From positions 131,068,001 through 131,132,000 of the forward strand of contig OX597814.1 of NCBI GenBank assembly GCA_951406725.2: a stretch of DNA of 64,000 bases, in the 5' to 3' direction. Source of the stretch: Octopus vulgaris (taxonomy: Eukaryota). Shown here one piece after another: positions 29,258 to 44,756 of the stretch. The position numbers were made by a program, and so were the translations under genes. Each line of letters begins with the position of its first letter. Within the stretch, counting starts at the first letter, position 1. The notes under the pieces were generated by a model, which did no database searches, was not told where the DNA came from, and saw nothing but the letters and a program-made list of their open reading frames with translations.

Positions 29258-29505
29258 CCATCATCTAATACCATAAGATGACTTGAGCGAAATGTTACAA
29301 GCATTCGAGACAAGTCTCCGGTTTCAGAATACTTTATCCCTTCCCGCCGACACCAAACCCGGTGGCCATGTAAAGGATCATATGGACGGATTTCTATCCT
29401 CATCCCCCCCCCACCATCTCCGACAAAAATATCAAAGATCTACTGTTACTTCATATGTAGTCTTCATTTTTCTTTCGTCTGAAGTTTCTCTTTGAAGCTT
29501 TCTTA

Positions 29506-29508
29506 GTG

Positions 29509-29550
<42 letters not shown>

Positions 29551-29643
29551 GTAGTAGTAGTGGTAGTAGTAGTAGTGGTGGTGGTGGTGGTGGTGGTGGT
29601 GGTAGTAGTAGTAGTAATAGTAGTAGTGGTGCTGGTGGTGGTG

Positions 29644-29696
<53 letters not shown>

Positions 29697-29760
29697 CGTG
29701 GTGGTGGTAGTGATAATTGTTGTTGTTGCTGCTGTTGCAGTTGTCGTGGTCGTTGATGAT
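29506..29760. repeat. (GTA)n/(GTG)n microsatellite
   Basis: Visible array. Confidence 0.9.
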
Positions 29761-30008
29761 AATGATTCGCACGAGGTTACTCCATGACTTCGACGAACAA
29801 GAATAGCGAAATGAACAGATGTACATGACTAAAAGTAACGTCTATGAAGTTACACTACATACAAACTTCATATAAACACACACACATACACACTCACGCA
29901 CACACACACACACACTAGCACACACTCACACACCCACACACACACTAGCACACACTCACACACACACACATACACACGCACTCACACGCGCATGCACACA
30001 CATATATA

Positions 30009-31455
30009 CATCAAGAACCACGCTAATAGCTTAGGAGTGAAATTTAGGATTAGTCGGTTTTCTGTGAATAGATTTTGGTAAAACTTTTCCCAGATGGCTT
30101 GCACACTATGGCAACACCATTGTTATGTTTTCATTATTCTGTGTAACGTCCTTTTTTTTTTATTTCAGATTCCTCAGTTTTTGGAATGAACCACTAATTG
30201 CTTTTAAATGAAAATAACCCATCTAGACATTTTTTTTCTTCAGAAAATGAAGGGTAATAATGCATATCAAACATACATTGAGTATATATTTAACAGAAAA
30301 CCATAATAACATTATAATATTTATTGACATAAAGAATTATTTAGTCACATGTGCGTCATTTCGACGGATTACTTCAAAAACCCTATTAGTCATAGATTCT
30401 GTTACTTTCTTAACAGTAGTAGGTTGGACTGCCTCTGCTGCAGCTTCGATGCTCACCCATAAGACATCTTTCAACATAAATTGGGCGTCCATCGGCATAA
30501 ACATCTTGTTTAATGATGGACCAAAGATTTTCGATAGAGTTGAGATCCGAAGATGCTAGCGACCACACCATCAACCGTTCCCGTTGTATGCCGTAAGACC
30601 ATAGGAACGTTTGGGTGGGAGGGAGCGTTGTCATGCATGAATGCGATATTCCTTAGAAGTAACAGCAGTGTGTCATCTAGCCAGGGATCCAAGACCTCCT
30701 TCAGGAGATTGCAGTAGGCGGCTGCGGTCACTTTAACCTCTTCAGGCACCAATGATACTAGCCCACAACATGGCTCCTCCACGCTGTTGTTGATGTCGTA
30801 AACGTTGGTGGCGCTCATCTTCAAAATAGAACCAACCGTTTGCCCAACCGTCAGGTTCGTCAAGGTTCACCCTGGTTTCATCAGTGAACAGAACTCAACT
30901 CATTTCTAACATCATGTTCTTTTGGGCCCATTGAAGCCTCAAACTCTTGTGAGGAGGCAGTTTTAAGGGTTCTTGCACGGAAGCCATGGTCCCGAGCATG
31001 CGATTTCTGGTAGTTTTTGGTAGAAAATAGTTTTGCATGTTTGTTCAAGATTCCCACGTAACTTGCGGCCTATATTCCTTAAATCCTTAGTTGCCAGTCT
31101 TGGAGGCCCCACAATCGGATCGTTTCTTCCTTGGCACTAATGTGACTAAATAATTCATTATTTCAATAAATGTTATGGTTTTCTGTTAAATATATACTCA
31201 ATGTATGCTTTATATGTATCATTACCCTTCATTTTCTGGGGAAAAATGTCTAGATGGGCTATTTTCATTCAAAAGCACGGTTTACCCAAACACTGAAGAA
31301 TCTGAAATAAAAGGATGTTACACAAAATAATGAAAACATAACAATGATGTTGTCATAGTGTGCAAACCACCTGGGAAAAGTTTTATCAAAATCGATTCAC
31401 AGAAAACCGAGAAATCCTAAATTTCACGCCTAAGCTATTAGTGTGGTTCTGGGTG
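30009..31455 (-). mobile_element. Tc1-type DNA transposon, defective, with ~320-340-bp terminal inverted repeats
   Basis: 30009-30350 is the diverged reverse complement of 31140-31455, TA on both sides; minus-strand FMHDNAPSH and SSDLNSIENLWSIIK (Tc1 DDE motifs). Confidence 0.88.
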
Positions 31456-32411
31456 TATATAAATATAATTATCTAATACAAAAATGACAAGTGACTGGGC
31501 GTGAAGCGATGAGGTGTGAGCGACCCCATTTACTTCTGATTATAGAAAGACGATTGTTGGGGACATTACAAATTTCAATTACGCCGCTAATGCACCGATT
31601 GGGGGCATTGCGTATTACAAGTATGCCGCTAATGCCCTTTAGTAAAGCAGAAATACATCATTATCACACATTTTGGCGTGTGTAAGTCGCTTTTATTATA
31701 GGCCAAGTTAAATACAGGGGTTGGCCTGGCTTAGTATTCAGTTGCAACGTATAGATACATTTTTGACGTCATTGATATAACATTAACGTAAATACCCAAA
31801 CGCACCCATAATTGAGGGTAAATAAATACGCCTGATCAGGAGCATTAGGTGTGCCATTACACTTTAATAATGTTTTTCTTATTTTCATTGTATTTATTTA
31901 TTTATTTTTGTAACATACGTAATTAATATTTGCTTTTCATTCGCCGTATTGTAACCTTTAACGCCAGACTGAAAAAATATGTGAGGGAGCGATCTAATTG
32001 AGATTATTTTCAACGGCAATTACCACCATAATTTGCAAAAATATTTTCTTTCGCATAAAGTAATATTACTTACCGATTCTTGATTAGAGAGAGAGAGAGA
32101 TTCCACAGAAATAGATAAAATATTCTGGGCTATAATTCTCCTTTAAAAATCATATACGAGCTAATTTGCTTACTATAAATAACATACAAGATAAACAATC
32201 TCCGAGAAAGCTGATTTTGTGGACTGGCATTAACTTCCGGTTTTTGATAGTTCACATCATTTAGGTCTCTTAAACTCTTCAAAAATTTATGTATGTCACC
32301 TATACAATTTTCAGGCATCAATAAATCTCTATAAATAGAAATTCTGTACTTCTACAAAACAATTATATATATATATATATAGCTCTGATATATATATATA
32401 TATATATATAG

Positions 32412-32491
<80 letters not shown>

Positions 32492-32811
32492 ATATATATA
32501 TAACTGCTTAATTTCTGATATTAACATCATGGGAGAAAGGTAGAATCGATTGAATCGTATTCCTATTCCGACATTCATTTGCTTACATTCTCTATTCACA
32601 TTTATTTTCACTGAAATATATAGGAATTAGTACTGTTTCAGACTAATGATTATGTTGGAGTAGTTATTGCTGACTTCTCATGTAATATAGTACAAATATA
32701 CATTTCATAAATATGGAATGCAATATTAATGAAACACACCAATGTACAAGGATATAAATTAAACACTATTTACATATATACTAACATTACGGCTACATAT
32801 ACATATATATG

Positions 32812-33090
32812 TGGAGGCGCAATGGCCCAGTGGTTAGGGCAGCGTACTTGCGGTCGGAGGATCGCGGTTTATTGAGCGAAAACACCTAAAGCTCCACGAG
32901 TCTCCGGCAGTGGGTGGTGGCGACCCCTGTTGTACTCTTTCGACCCAACTTTCTCTCACTCTTTCTTCCTGTTTGTTGAGTAACGTTGCGATGGACTGGC
33001 GTCCCGTCCAGCTGGGAGGGGGAACACATACGCCATAGAAACCGGGAAATCGGGCCCATGAGCCTGGCTAGGTTTGAAAAGGGTGCATCA
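32812..33090 (+). mobile_element. SINE family C
   Basis: ggaggcgcaatggcccagtggttagg head; gcgatggactggcgtcccgtccag; gaaaccgggaaatcgggcccatgagc tail. Confidence 0.82.
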
Positions 33091-33127
33091 ATAAAAAAAT
33101 AGATGTGTGTGTGTATATGTGTGTGTG

Positions 33128-33237
<110 letters not shown>

Positions 33238-33779
33238 GCGCGTGTGTTTATATATACATAAATACGTTTATCAATTTCTGTTGCAAGATTCCTGATGTGA
33301 AATCGTGTGTTGAAATAGATATTGTTGTATTTCGGGACGGTCATTTTATTTTTTTCTTTTGTCAAATAAACACACGCACTAAATATTTGTCCTTCACTCG
33401 TTTATTACTGTTCTTTTTTCTTTTTTTTTTAAACCAATGTCCGGAAATCTTTCGTCACACATCTGTAGCCTCTTCAGCGACACTTTTCGTTTTCGTAAGT
33501 GCTCTTGTTCCATTTTCTCCACTGAGAATGGAATAAGGGAAGACAGGAGTGGGTGGGTTTACTGACTATTTAAAAAAACAGACCAACCCAGTAATGTGCA
33601 AAGTTGTGGCTGGAACAGATAGTGTTGAAGCCTTAGGCATGGACATTATACATATTACACGCGTGACTTTACCGTTTTATAAAGTATGTGCAGGCGCTCA
33701 TTGTGTGAGTGTGTTATTCGAATGTTAACATACACACATATACTCAAATACACACACACACATATATATATAAACATAG

Positions 33780-33875
<96 letters not shown>

Positions 33876-33876
33876 A

Positions 33877-35125
33877 AGTAATTCAGTTTTCGAGATTAAT
33901 AGATATGTTGGTATTCTATTTCAGATTATGCAAAAAATAACATAACAAGTATATCTGAAGGTAAACTCGTGGTATCTATATTCACATTAAGAAATAATAC
34001 TTTTAGGATAAAACGAGTACACCAGCAGGGTATAAAATATACTTCCCTAATTATCTCCTACTTAAGTTAAAATTATCATTATGAAGGAACGCGCAGGAGT
34101 GGCTATGTGGTAAGTAGCTTGTTTACCAACCACACGGTTCCGGGTTCAGTCCACTGCGTGGCACCTTGGGCAAGTGTCTTCTACTATAGCCTCGGGCCGA
34201 CCAAAGCCTTGTGAGTGGATTTTGTAGGCGGAAACTGAAAGAAGCCCGTCTTATATATGTATATATATATGCATGTGTGTGTTTGTGTGTCTCTGTTTGT
34301 CCCCCTAGCATTGCTTGACAACCGATGCTGGTGTGTTTATGTCCCCGTTACTTAGCGGTTCGGCAAAAGAGACCAATAGAATAAGTACTGGGCTTACAAA
34401 AGAATATGTCCCAGGGTCGAGTTGCTCGATTAAAGGCGGTGCTCCAGCATGGCCGCAGTCAAATGACTGAAACAAGTAAAAGAGTAAAAGAGTAAAAGAG
34501 TATATGGGTACAGGACATCAAAAACACGTTGAACACAATGAGAAACGAAAACATAAAAACAAAAACATAGAAACGAAATTTTTTCAAACAACGAAAAAAT
34601 CAAGCAGAGAAACGAGACATACAACATAAAGAATGTTCCCCTTCTTCGGTTGTCCATGTTTCATCTACTCCGCGTTTCGAAGGTAAGGACAATACGCAAC
34701 TTCGTTGAAACAGTCCTTCCCGCAAAGCAAATTAAATAAAATTTGGGATTTTTTGCAGAGGGTGAAAGTGGTAGCAAGAACAGGACAGTGAGAACAAAAC
34801 AGTAAAAACAAACGGTGAAGGCTGTTAAGCAAAGACAATAGAAAAATTATTATGAACGCTAGGAAGACGAGCTTATGAGAGATGTTATAATCTTCCAATA
34901 CTGAAACACGTGTAGTTCCTTGATAATGATAATTTTAACTTAAGTAGAGGCTAATTAAGGAAGTACATTTTATACCCAGGTGGTGTACTGATTTTAGCCT
35001 TAAAGTATCATTTCTTGATGTGAATATAGATACCACGAGTTTACCTTCAGATATACTTGTTATGTTATTTTTTATATAATCTGAGATAGAATACCCACAT
35101 TAATCCCCAAACTGAATTATAATTA
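33877..35125. repeat. ~210-bp inverted repeat pair (33877-34090 / 34915-35125) enclosing a SINE and other repeat DNA
   Basis: e.g. aacataacaagtatatctgaaggtaaactcgtggtatcta vs tagataccacgagtttaccttcagatatacttgttatgtt. Confidence 0.85.
34091..34500 (+). mobile_element. SINE family A, full length
   Basis: Near-identical to 9175-9597. Confidence 0.9.
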
Positions 35126-35271
35126 ATTTCTATTACATATATTGTATATTTCTAGATATATATATATAAATATATGATAATCAACACCCCACTTCATAAT
35201 ATGCAGAGGTATGTAATGTTAAAGGGATGTACCTGATTGATTTGGAAACTCATTTTACCACATCATTCAAA

Positions 35272-35845
<574 letters not shown>

Positions 35846-36046
35846 AATATTTATTATAATATATAATTGAATACTTTTTATTATAGCACATTTAAATTTT
35901 TCTATATGATATAGATAAAGTCTTTTACTATTGAATTACTTAACAGGTTATTTCTCTTAATTACATATATTATATATTGTGAAATTTGATTTGGAATTGG
36001 TAAATTGAATTTTTCCCTGTAAGTTTGGAATTATATTCCCTACTAT

Positions 36047-36129
<83 letters not shown>

Positions 36130-37106
36130 TGTGTGTATGTATGTATATACAATTTTGATTCTAACATCTTAGTAATCCCTCGTCATATCGCGGTTCACTT
36201 TTCGTGGTGTGTTTTGGAATGTAACACCCGCGATAGTCGATGGATTATTGTATATATACGATATATATATATATGTTTGTGTGTGTATGTGTGTGTCTGT
36301 ATATATATATATATATATATACGATTATATATATATATATATGTGTGTGTTAGTGTATGTATATAGATATATATTTATATATACATATATGTTTTTATAT
36401 AAATATATTTATATGTGTGTAAGTGTGTGTGTGTATGTGTGTGTTTGTGTGTGCGTGTGTGTGTGCAAGCCAGACTAAATATAAAGCTATTGTATTCCAT
36501 ATAACAATCTTTTATATCACAGTAGTATTGTGTTCTTGCCAGAAATTATTTTTGCTTTATTTCTAAAACATTCAAAACCTTATCATTGATTTGTTGAATA
36601 AATAAATAAGTAAATAAATAAATAAATAGATAAATAAATAAACAGATAAATAAATAAATAGATAAATAGATAAATAAATAGATAAATATTATCCAGAAGA
36701 CAATAACAAAATGGTAAAATGCATGTAAAAGATGGTAAATAAAAAAGAACAATAATTACAAAGAAACGAATACAATAAACAAACAGCGTAAAGTGAAAGG
36801 AACGCCATTTTTTGAAATGAAAAGTTATGGTCACCTGATCTCAGCGATATTTTTTCTTTTATTTCGTTCTCTTCCTCGTTTGGTGATTCGTTCATTCATT
36901 TATTCTATTTATGTATTTATCGTTAATTTTTATTATTTTTTATGTACCTATTGTTATAATTTTTATGTCCAACAAGAAGAGAGGACAACAGCACACATGA
37001 CTAAATTTTCGGTCGTAGTTATGCTATAGTGGTTGTATTGCGTATGTATATTTTCTGGTTTGTTCTTGTTTTTTGTTTACAATTATATATACGTGTATAT
37101 ATAGGA

Positions 37107-37177
<71 letters not shown>

Positions 37178-37315
37178 TGTATATGTATGTATATATACAT
37201 ATATAGTTATATATATACATATATATGCATAACAGTATTAATAAAATAGATGGAATGAGTAAAAGATCTTATTGGTTACGTGTGTGTGTCAATGTATGTA
37301 TCCATGTATGTATGT

Positions 37316-37366
<51 letters not shown>

Positions 37367-37562
37367 CATACATACATATATTCATATATGCATGTATGTA
37401 GGTAAAGGTGTGTGTGTGCGTATATATATATATATATATATATACATTTCTTTTCTCCCCCTCCTCCTCCTCTTCTTTATTCCTTGATTTTTTTCTCTTA
37501 TTTCGGAAATATTATAGTTTAGTAGTAAAGTCATATGATTTATTATATATTCTTATTTCTTA

Positions 37563-37633
<71 letters not shown>

Positions 37634-38272
37634 CATTATTATTATTATTATTGTTGTTACTAACAATGTCCTTTCTCCGTTATCCAATTGAACTATTTAT
37701 TGCACCAAGAAACCTTTCATTGGATTTTTCTGTTTTTGATTTTCCTTTTTTTCTTTCTTTCTTTGCTTCATTCTTTGTTCTTTTTGTTTCATAGTTGTCA
37801 TTTCGTTGTTATTGTTGTTGTTGCTGTTGGTGGTGTTGCATCTTTTGCTTGTTTTTGTTGTTGCCTTTATTTCTTTTCTTTCTTTTTTTTTTGTCGTTGT
37901 TCGTTTTCGCAAAAACGGATTCGTTTCCATGCCATAATTCATATTCATAATTCATAATTATGATTGCTATCATATGATTTCCTATTATGACAATCACAAT
38001 AAGGATTTCTCACAATGCTACCAAGGCCACACGTTTCCATTTAGGACAGCAATCGATTTAATCACTCCCCTCCTCCTCCCTCCCCAATCCCCGCCACTAA
38101 TACTTAACAGGCAATTATTCCATTCATTTTGGGAGCGGGATGAGGTGAACGACAACGACGCTCTCCGTGGGATTTGAACTCGAAAGCAAGCTATTTAATC
38201 CAGCATTCTAGTATTCTGTTACTAGTGATTAAGATAATCCCCTTGGTAGTTATCACAATAACGATTATTAAA

Positions 38273-38897
38273 TTTTGGCACAGAATCAGGAGCATTTTAG
38301 GAGGGGGAGAAGTCGATTACATCGACCCCGGTACTTGATGGGTACTTATTTCATCTACCCCGAAAGGATGAAAGATAAACTCGACTTCGGCGGAATTTGA
38401 ACTCAGAACGTAAAAAATCAGAACAAATACCGCAAAGCAGTTTTTCCGAGGCTCTAATGATTTTCGGCCAACAGATTGTCCATATAATATCAATAGTTTC
38501 TTATTTCTTTACTTACCACAAGGGGGTAAACACAGAGGGGACAAACAAGGACAGACAAACGGATTAAGTCGATTACATCGACCCCAGTGCGTAGCTGGTA
38601 CTTAATTTATCGACCCCGAAAAGATGAAAGGCAAAGTCGACCTCGGAGGAATTTGAACTCAGAACGTAACGGTAGACGAAATACCTATTTCTTTACTACC
38701 CACAAGGGGCTACACACAGAGAGGACAAACAAGGACAGACAAACGGATTAAGTCAATTATATCGACCCCAGTGTGTAACTGGTACTTAATTTATCGACCC
38801 CGAAAGGATGAAAGGCAAAGTCGACCTTGGCGTAATTTGAACTCAGAACGTAACGGCAGACGAAATACCGCTAAGCATTTCGCCAGCTCGCCGCCTT
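38273..38897 (-). mobile_element. SINE family B cluster (variant copy plus tandem copy)
   Basis: Three central domains ccccgaaaggatgaaag. Confidence 0.85.
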
Positions 38898-39132
38898 AAT
38901 TCAATGGTTTCTAATTGAGGCGCAAAGCTTTTTAGTTTAAGTAAAGAGAGTTAATCGATCCCATTGACTCTTGTATTTCCCTACATTTTATCGACTCAGT
39001 AGCGATGGAAGCTATGCGAGGCAGGATATCAATTCAGGATGTACAAGTCTAGAACAAACAGCACGAAGCATGCTAACCATCCTACCATTTCATAAACTTC
39101 ATAGTTATCATGAATAATCATGAATAATCATT

Positions 39133-39403
39133 TCTGCTAAGAGGCACAAGACCTGAAATATGAGCGAGGAAGCTAATCGATTACATTGATCCCAGTACTC
39201 GACTGGTACTTATTATATCGACCCTCAAAACGGTGAAAGGCAAAGTCTGTCTCGGCGGGCTTTGAAATCAGAATGTAAAGACGAACGAAATACCGCTCAG
39301 TATTTTTGTTCGACGTGCGAACGATTCTGCCACCTCGCCACTTTATCATTGGTTATCAAGTGGTGGTGGACAGGGGACAAACACAGACATACAAATTCAT
39401 ACA

Positions 39404-39464
<61 letters not shown>

Positions 39465-40255
39465 GACGGGCTTCTTTCAGTTTCCGTCTACCAAATCCAC
39501 TCACAAGGCTTTGGTCGGCCCGAGGTTATAGTACAAGATATTAGCCCAAGGTGCCACGCAGTGGAACTGAACCCGGAACCATGTGGTTGGGAAGTAAGCT
39601 TCTTACCTCACAGCAACTCACCAAATATGAAATCAATTGGAACAGAAATTGAAAGAATTGAAATGTTACAGCCAAACAGAAAAGATAAGAAGAATGGTTT
39701 CAAATTTTGGCACAAGACCAGTAATTTGAGGGGAGGGACGAAGTCGGTTACACCGACCTCAACATGTATTTATTTTATCGAACCTGGAAGGATAAGTTGA
39801 ACTTGGTGGAATTTGAACTCGGAACGTAAAGACATACGAAATATCGCTAAGTATTTTGCCCGGCGTGTTAACATAGAGGGGACAAATAAGGACAGAAACA
39901 GGGATTAAGTCGATTACATCGACCCCAGTGCGTAACTGGTACTTAATTTATCGACCCCGAAAAGATGAAAGGCAAAGTCGACCTCGGCAGAATTGGAACT
40001 CAGAACGTAACGGTAGACAAAATACCTATTTCTTTACTAGCCACAAGGGGCTACACACAGAGAGGACAAACAAGGACAGACAAACGGATTAAGTCGATTA
40101 TATCGACCTCAGTGCGTAACTGGTACTTAGTTAATCAACCCCGAAGGGATGAAAGGCAAAGTCGACCTCGGCGGAATTTGAAGTCAGAACGTAACGGCAG
40201 ACGAAATACCGCTAAGCATTTCGCCCGGCGTGTTAACGATTCTGCCAACCCGCTT
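39133..40255 (-). mobile_element. Cluster of SINE B copies (39133-39340, 39700-40255) and a SINE A copy (39350-39620)
   Basis: Family matches on the minus strand. Confidence 0.8.
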
Positions 40256-41169
40256 CTTTATTAATAAATAATTTAATTAATTAATAAGTAAATAAATAAA
40301 CTTAACACCTTGAATTTTGAGGGACGTCTCGCCTTCTAGTGTGAATCGAAAGCACATTGATCCAGCATACAACAAGCTTCTTTGGATGTCCTCGACGAAT
40401 GTGCTTCAGAGGAAACGTTGGCTGGGATGCAAAGGGTGGATTGAGCTTGTCAGGTGAGAAACAAAGCAGAGTAAACCTATCGAAAAGAGTTGGTAAAAGG
40501 ATATAGAATAACATCGTTTGGTATAATGTCAAAATAGTACGGAGTAGAAGAAACAGTTGTTATAGTCGCATATACGACATATGGAAGATACAGTAGCAAG
40601 CTAACGATTGCAACGTGACGGTAAATACGATGATAACCAATCCACCAAATCGCCTTTGTTTCGATGCCAGATCTATGCTAAGCAATACAAGATTTTAACT
40701 ATATTATATCCCTACATTCTAATCGTGCCGAGGATGAACTTCAATAACCTTGAATGACTTTGGTATTGATCAAATATGTTCCAGTTAGATAAAGAGCCCG
40801 ATATAATCGATTATATCTCCTTAAAGATGACCTTGCTGTTTGGGCGAAAGAAAATCATTAATTCTCCCTCTTTTTTCCATTTTGTTTGTATTCTTGCTTC
40901 TTGTCCTTTTCTTCCTCGTCGCCCTCAATTTTATTCTTTATCCTCGTTTAGATTTTCACGTTGTATCTAGGGTTTTTTTTCTTCTTTATATTACTTTGTT
41001 TTATTGTATTTCTTTCTTTTCTCTGTGGATTTATATCTTCCATGTTATTTTTACACAGCTTCTGGTGCAACTTTTTTTCTAGCCAGCCCCTGCCTTACCC
41101 CCACAAACCTCCTTTCCATTCGCCATCATCATGTGTTACTGATGTCATTACTGCTCCATGCCATTTGCC

Positions 41170-42160
<991 letters not shown>

Positions 42161-42883
42161 CCATTATCGGTAACAGCAGCAGCTTTTATTCATTCGTTCG
42201 CTCGTTCGTTCGTTCGTGCGAGAAGAATTTTTTAAAATTCATTTTAAATTCATTTTATTTTAGCAAATTGTCCGTTGCTGTGTTTGTTTTTGCTGTTGTT
42301 GTTGTGGCTGTTGTGTTCATTCCTTACAAAAAAAAAACGAAACAGCAACTCTGCCCCTTCCTCCTCCGCCTTCCCCCATCTCGTTCCTCCCACCCCACCT
42401 CACCCCACCATCAACAAATGGCAAAGGACCAATTATCTCTGTCTATGACGGTTTTCACTCACAGCTTGCTAAATCCGAAATAATCTCAACAGTTGTGACA
42501 AACCCTAAAACACTCAAATTTTTCAAAATATAAACTTCATCTATGAAATCCAGTTGACATGTTGACCTTTAACCCCTGAATTCTGACAACAACTGACATA
42601 TTCGACCTTTAGAAGAACAATAAAAAATTTGTTTCTGTTAATGCTTCGTCTACTTTTTTTCTCTCTCTTTTTTCTTCATCTTCGCCAGGACCCGTCAAAA
42701 TACGCTCAGCCTTCTTCCTCTCTTTAAGATATATTTTCGAATGTAATCGCCATGACCTTCTCGGTCGGTCGGTCTGCTGCCATGATTTGTTAAGCAAACG
42801 GCCACAATAATGAATAAGTATAAAAATCCGAACTGAAATGACAACAAAATTTAAAGCGCGGACGCTATATATATATCTATATT

Positions 42884-42918
42884 TCGACGAACGGGAACGT
42901 GAAACTCTGAGTAACAGC
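42884..42918 (+). ncRNA. Degenerate minimal hammerhead-like motif
   Basis: UCGACGA-acg(ggaa)cgu-GAAA-cuc(u)gag-UA-acagc; stems II and III pair, core variant, stem I disrupted. Confidence 0.4.
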
Positions 42919-43230
42919 TTTTGTTATATTTCTGCTGCTGTTAAATAAAGCATCCTACTCTACCTCTGGTATTTAAGTACTCTTTTTTCCACCTTGCTTC
43001 ACATTTATGTACTTACTCCGGTATATATATATATATATATATTATATATAAGGGCTTAGTAAAATAAATTACTTTGCCACATACTGAACTCATTAGAAAT
43101 AGCAGCTAAAGAAATTTCTTCAGCCATTTCTAATACTTAAAGAAAGATCTCTCTCAGATAGTGTTTGCCTAAACTAACTCACAAAAGTATGGGGGAAAAA
43201 AACATTAAAAAATCAAGTGCAAAGGTTATT

Positions 43231-43282
43231 TGAGAACGTACGTTTCTAGATTAGTCAATTCGACATTTCTTTCTTCAGCTCA
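43231..43282 (-). ncRNA. Minimal type-I hammerhead ribozyme
   Basis: ugag-CUGAAGA-aagaaauguc(gaauu)gacuaaucua-GAAA-cguacg-UU-cuca; canonical core, palindromic stem III. Confidence 0.7.
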
Positions 43283-43795
43283 GAATTCCTTGAATCGGAT
43301 TTGGGAACACTGAAAGTCGGGAGCATACCCTTTCGGCTTCTAATCACCTCTAGAATTCTGCTCGAACTAAAAGTGCTATCAAATTCGAATATGCAAGCGA
43401 AGAATTTCTGCTCTCCCCTTTCCACCAGCGTGGGTTAAAGTTGACAAACACCAAGTATTAACGGTGAAAACCGCAGCATTTAGCAATTTAACAGAGAGAG
43501 ATGAATTATAATTTCAACAATTGAGGGTAAAATTAATTAATTATTAATCAATTTCACCAAGTATTCAGTATGTAAAGGGACCATTATAGGCGAATTCAAA
43601 ATATTACATTATATATAAGGGCTTAGTAAAATAAATTACTTTGCCACATACTGAACTCATTAGAAATAGCAGCTAAAGAAATTTCTTCAGCCATTTCTAA
43701 TACTTAAAGAAGATCTCTCTCAGATAGTGTTTGCCTAAACTAACTCACAAAAGTATGGGGGAAAAAACATTAAAAAATCAAGTGCAAAGGTTATT

Positions 43796-43847
43796 TGAGA
43801 ACGTACGTTTCTAGATTAGTCAATTCGACATTTCTTTCTTCAGCTCA
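43796..43847 (-). ncRNA. Minimal type-I hammerhead ribozyme (second copy)
   Basis: Identical to 43231-43282. Confidence 0.7.
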
Positions 43848-44294
43848 GAATTCCTTGAATCGGATTTGGGAACACTGAAAGTCGGGAGCATACCCTTTCG
43901 GCTTCTAATCACCTCTAGAATTCTGCTCGAACTAAAAGTAATTTATTTTACTAAGCCCTTATATATAATGTAATATTTTGAATTCGCCTATAATGGTCCC
44001 TTTACATACTGAATACTTGGTGAAATTGATTAATAATTAATTAATTTTACCCTCAATTGTTGAAATTATAATTCATCTCTCTCTGTTAAATTGCTAAATG
44101 CTGCGGTTTTCACCGTTAATACTTGGTGTTTGTCAACTTTAACCCACGCTGGTGGAATGGGGAGAGCAGAAATTCTTCGCTTGCATATTCGAATTTGATA
44201 GCACTTTTAGTTCGAGCAGAATTCTAGAGGTGATTAGAAGCCGAAAGGGTATGCTCCCGACTTTCAGTGTTCCCAAATCCGATTCAAGGAATTC

Positions 44295-44348
44295 TGAGCT
44301 GAAGAAAGAAATGTCGAATTGACTAATCTAGAAACGTATGCGTTCTCA
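44295..44348 (+). ncRNA. Minimal type-I hammerhead ribozyme (inverted copy)
   Basis: tgag-ctgaaga...gaaa-cgtatgcg-tt-ctca; 2-nt insertion keeps stem III self-complementary. Confidence 0.68.
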
Positions 44349-44630
44349 AATAACCTTTGCACTTGATTTTTTAATGTTTTTTTCCCCCATACTTTTGTGA
44401 GTTAGTTTAGGCAAACACTATCTGAGAGAGATCTTCTTTAAGTATTAGAAATGGCTGAAGAAATTTCTTTAGCTGCTATTTCTAATGAGTTCAGTATGTG
44501 GCAAAGTAATTTATTTTACTAAGCCCTTATATATAATGTAATATTTTGAATTCGCCTATAATGGTCCCTTTACATACTGAATACTTGGTGAAATTGATTA
44601 ATAATTAATTAATTTTACTCTCAATTGTTG

Positions 44631-44673
<43 letters not shown>

Positions 44674-44721
44674 TTTTATTCTTTTACATGTTTCAGGCCT
44701 AAGGCTGTGGTCATGTTGGAG

Positions 44722-44751
<30 letters not shown>

Positions 44752-44756
<5 letters not shown>

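Larger units (their letters stand above)
43041..44637. mobile_element. ~566-bp non-coding unit: ~1.6 tandem copies then ~1.2 inverted copies, each full unit with a hammerhead motif (retrozyme / Penelope pLTR-like)
   Basis: agggcttagt at 43051 and 43618; inversion junction at aaagt 43935-43939; copies nearly identical; (TA)n at both ends. Confidence 0.9.

Noticed and set aside
31472-31736. Possible non-autonomous Helitron
   Set aside because: TC start and 3' hairpin are plausible, but no CTRR end and no second copy.
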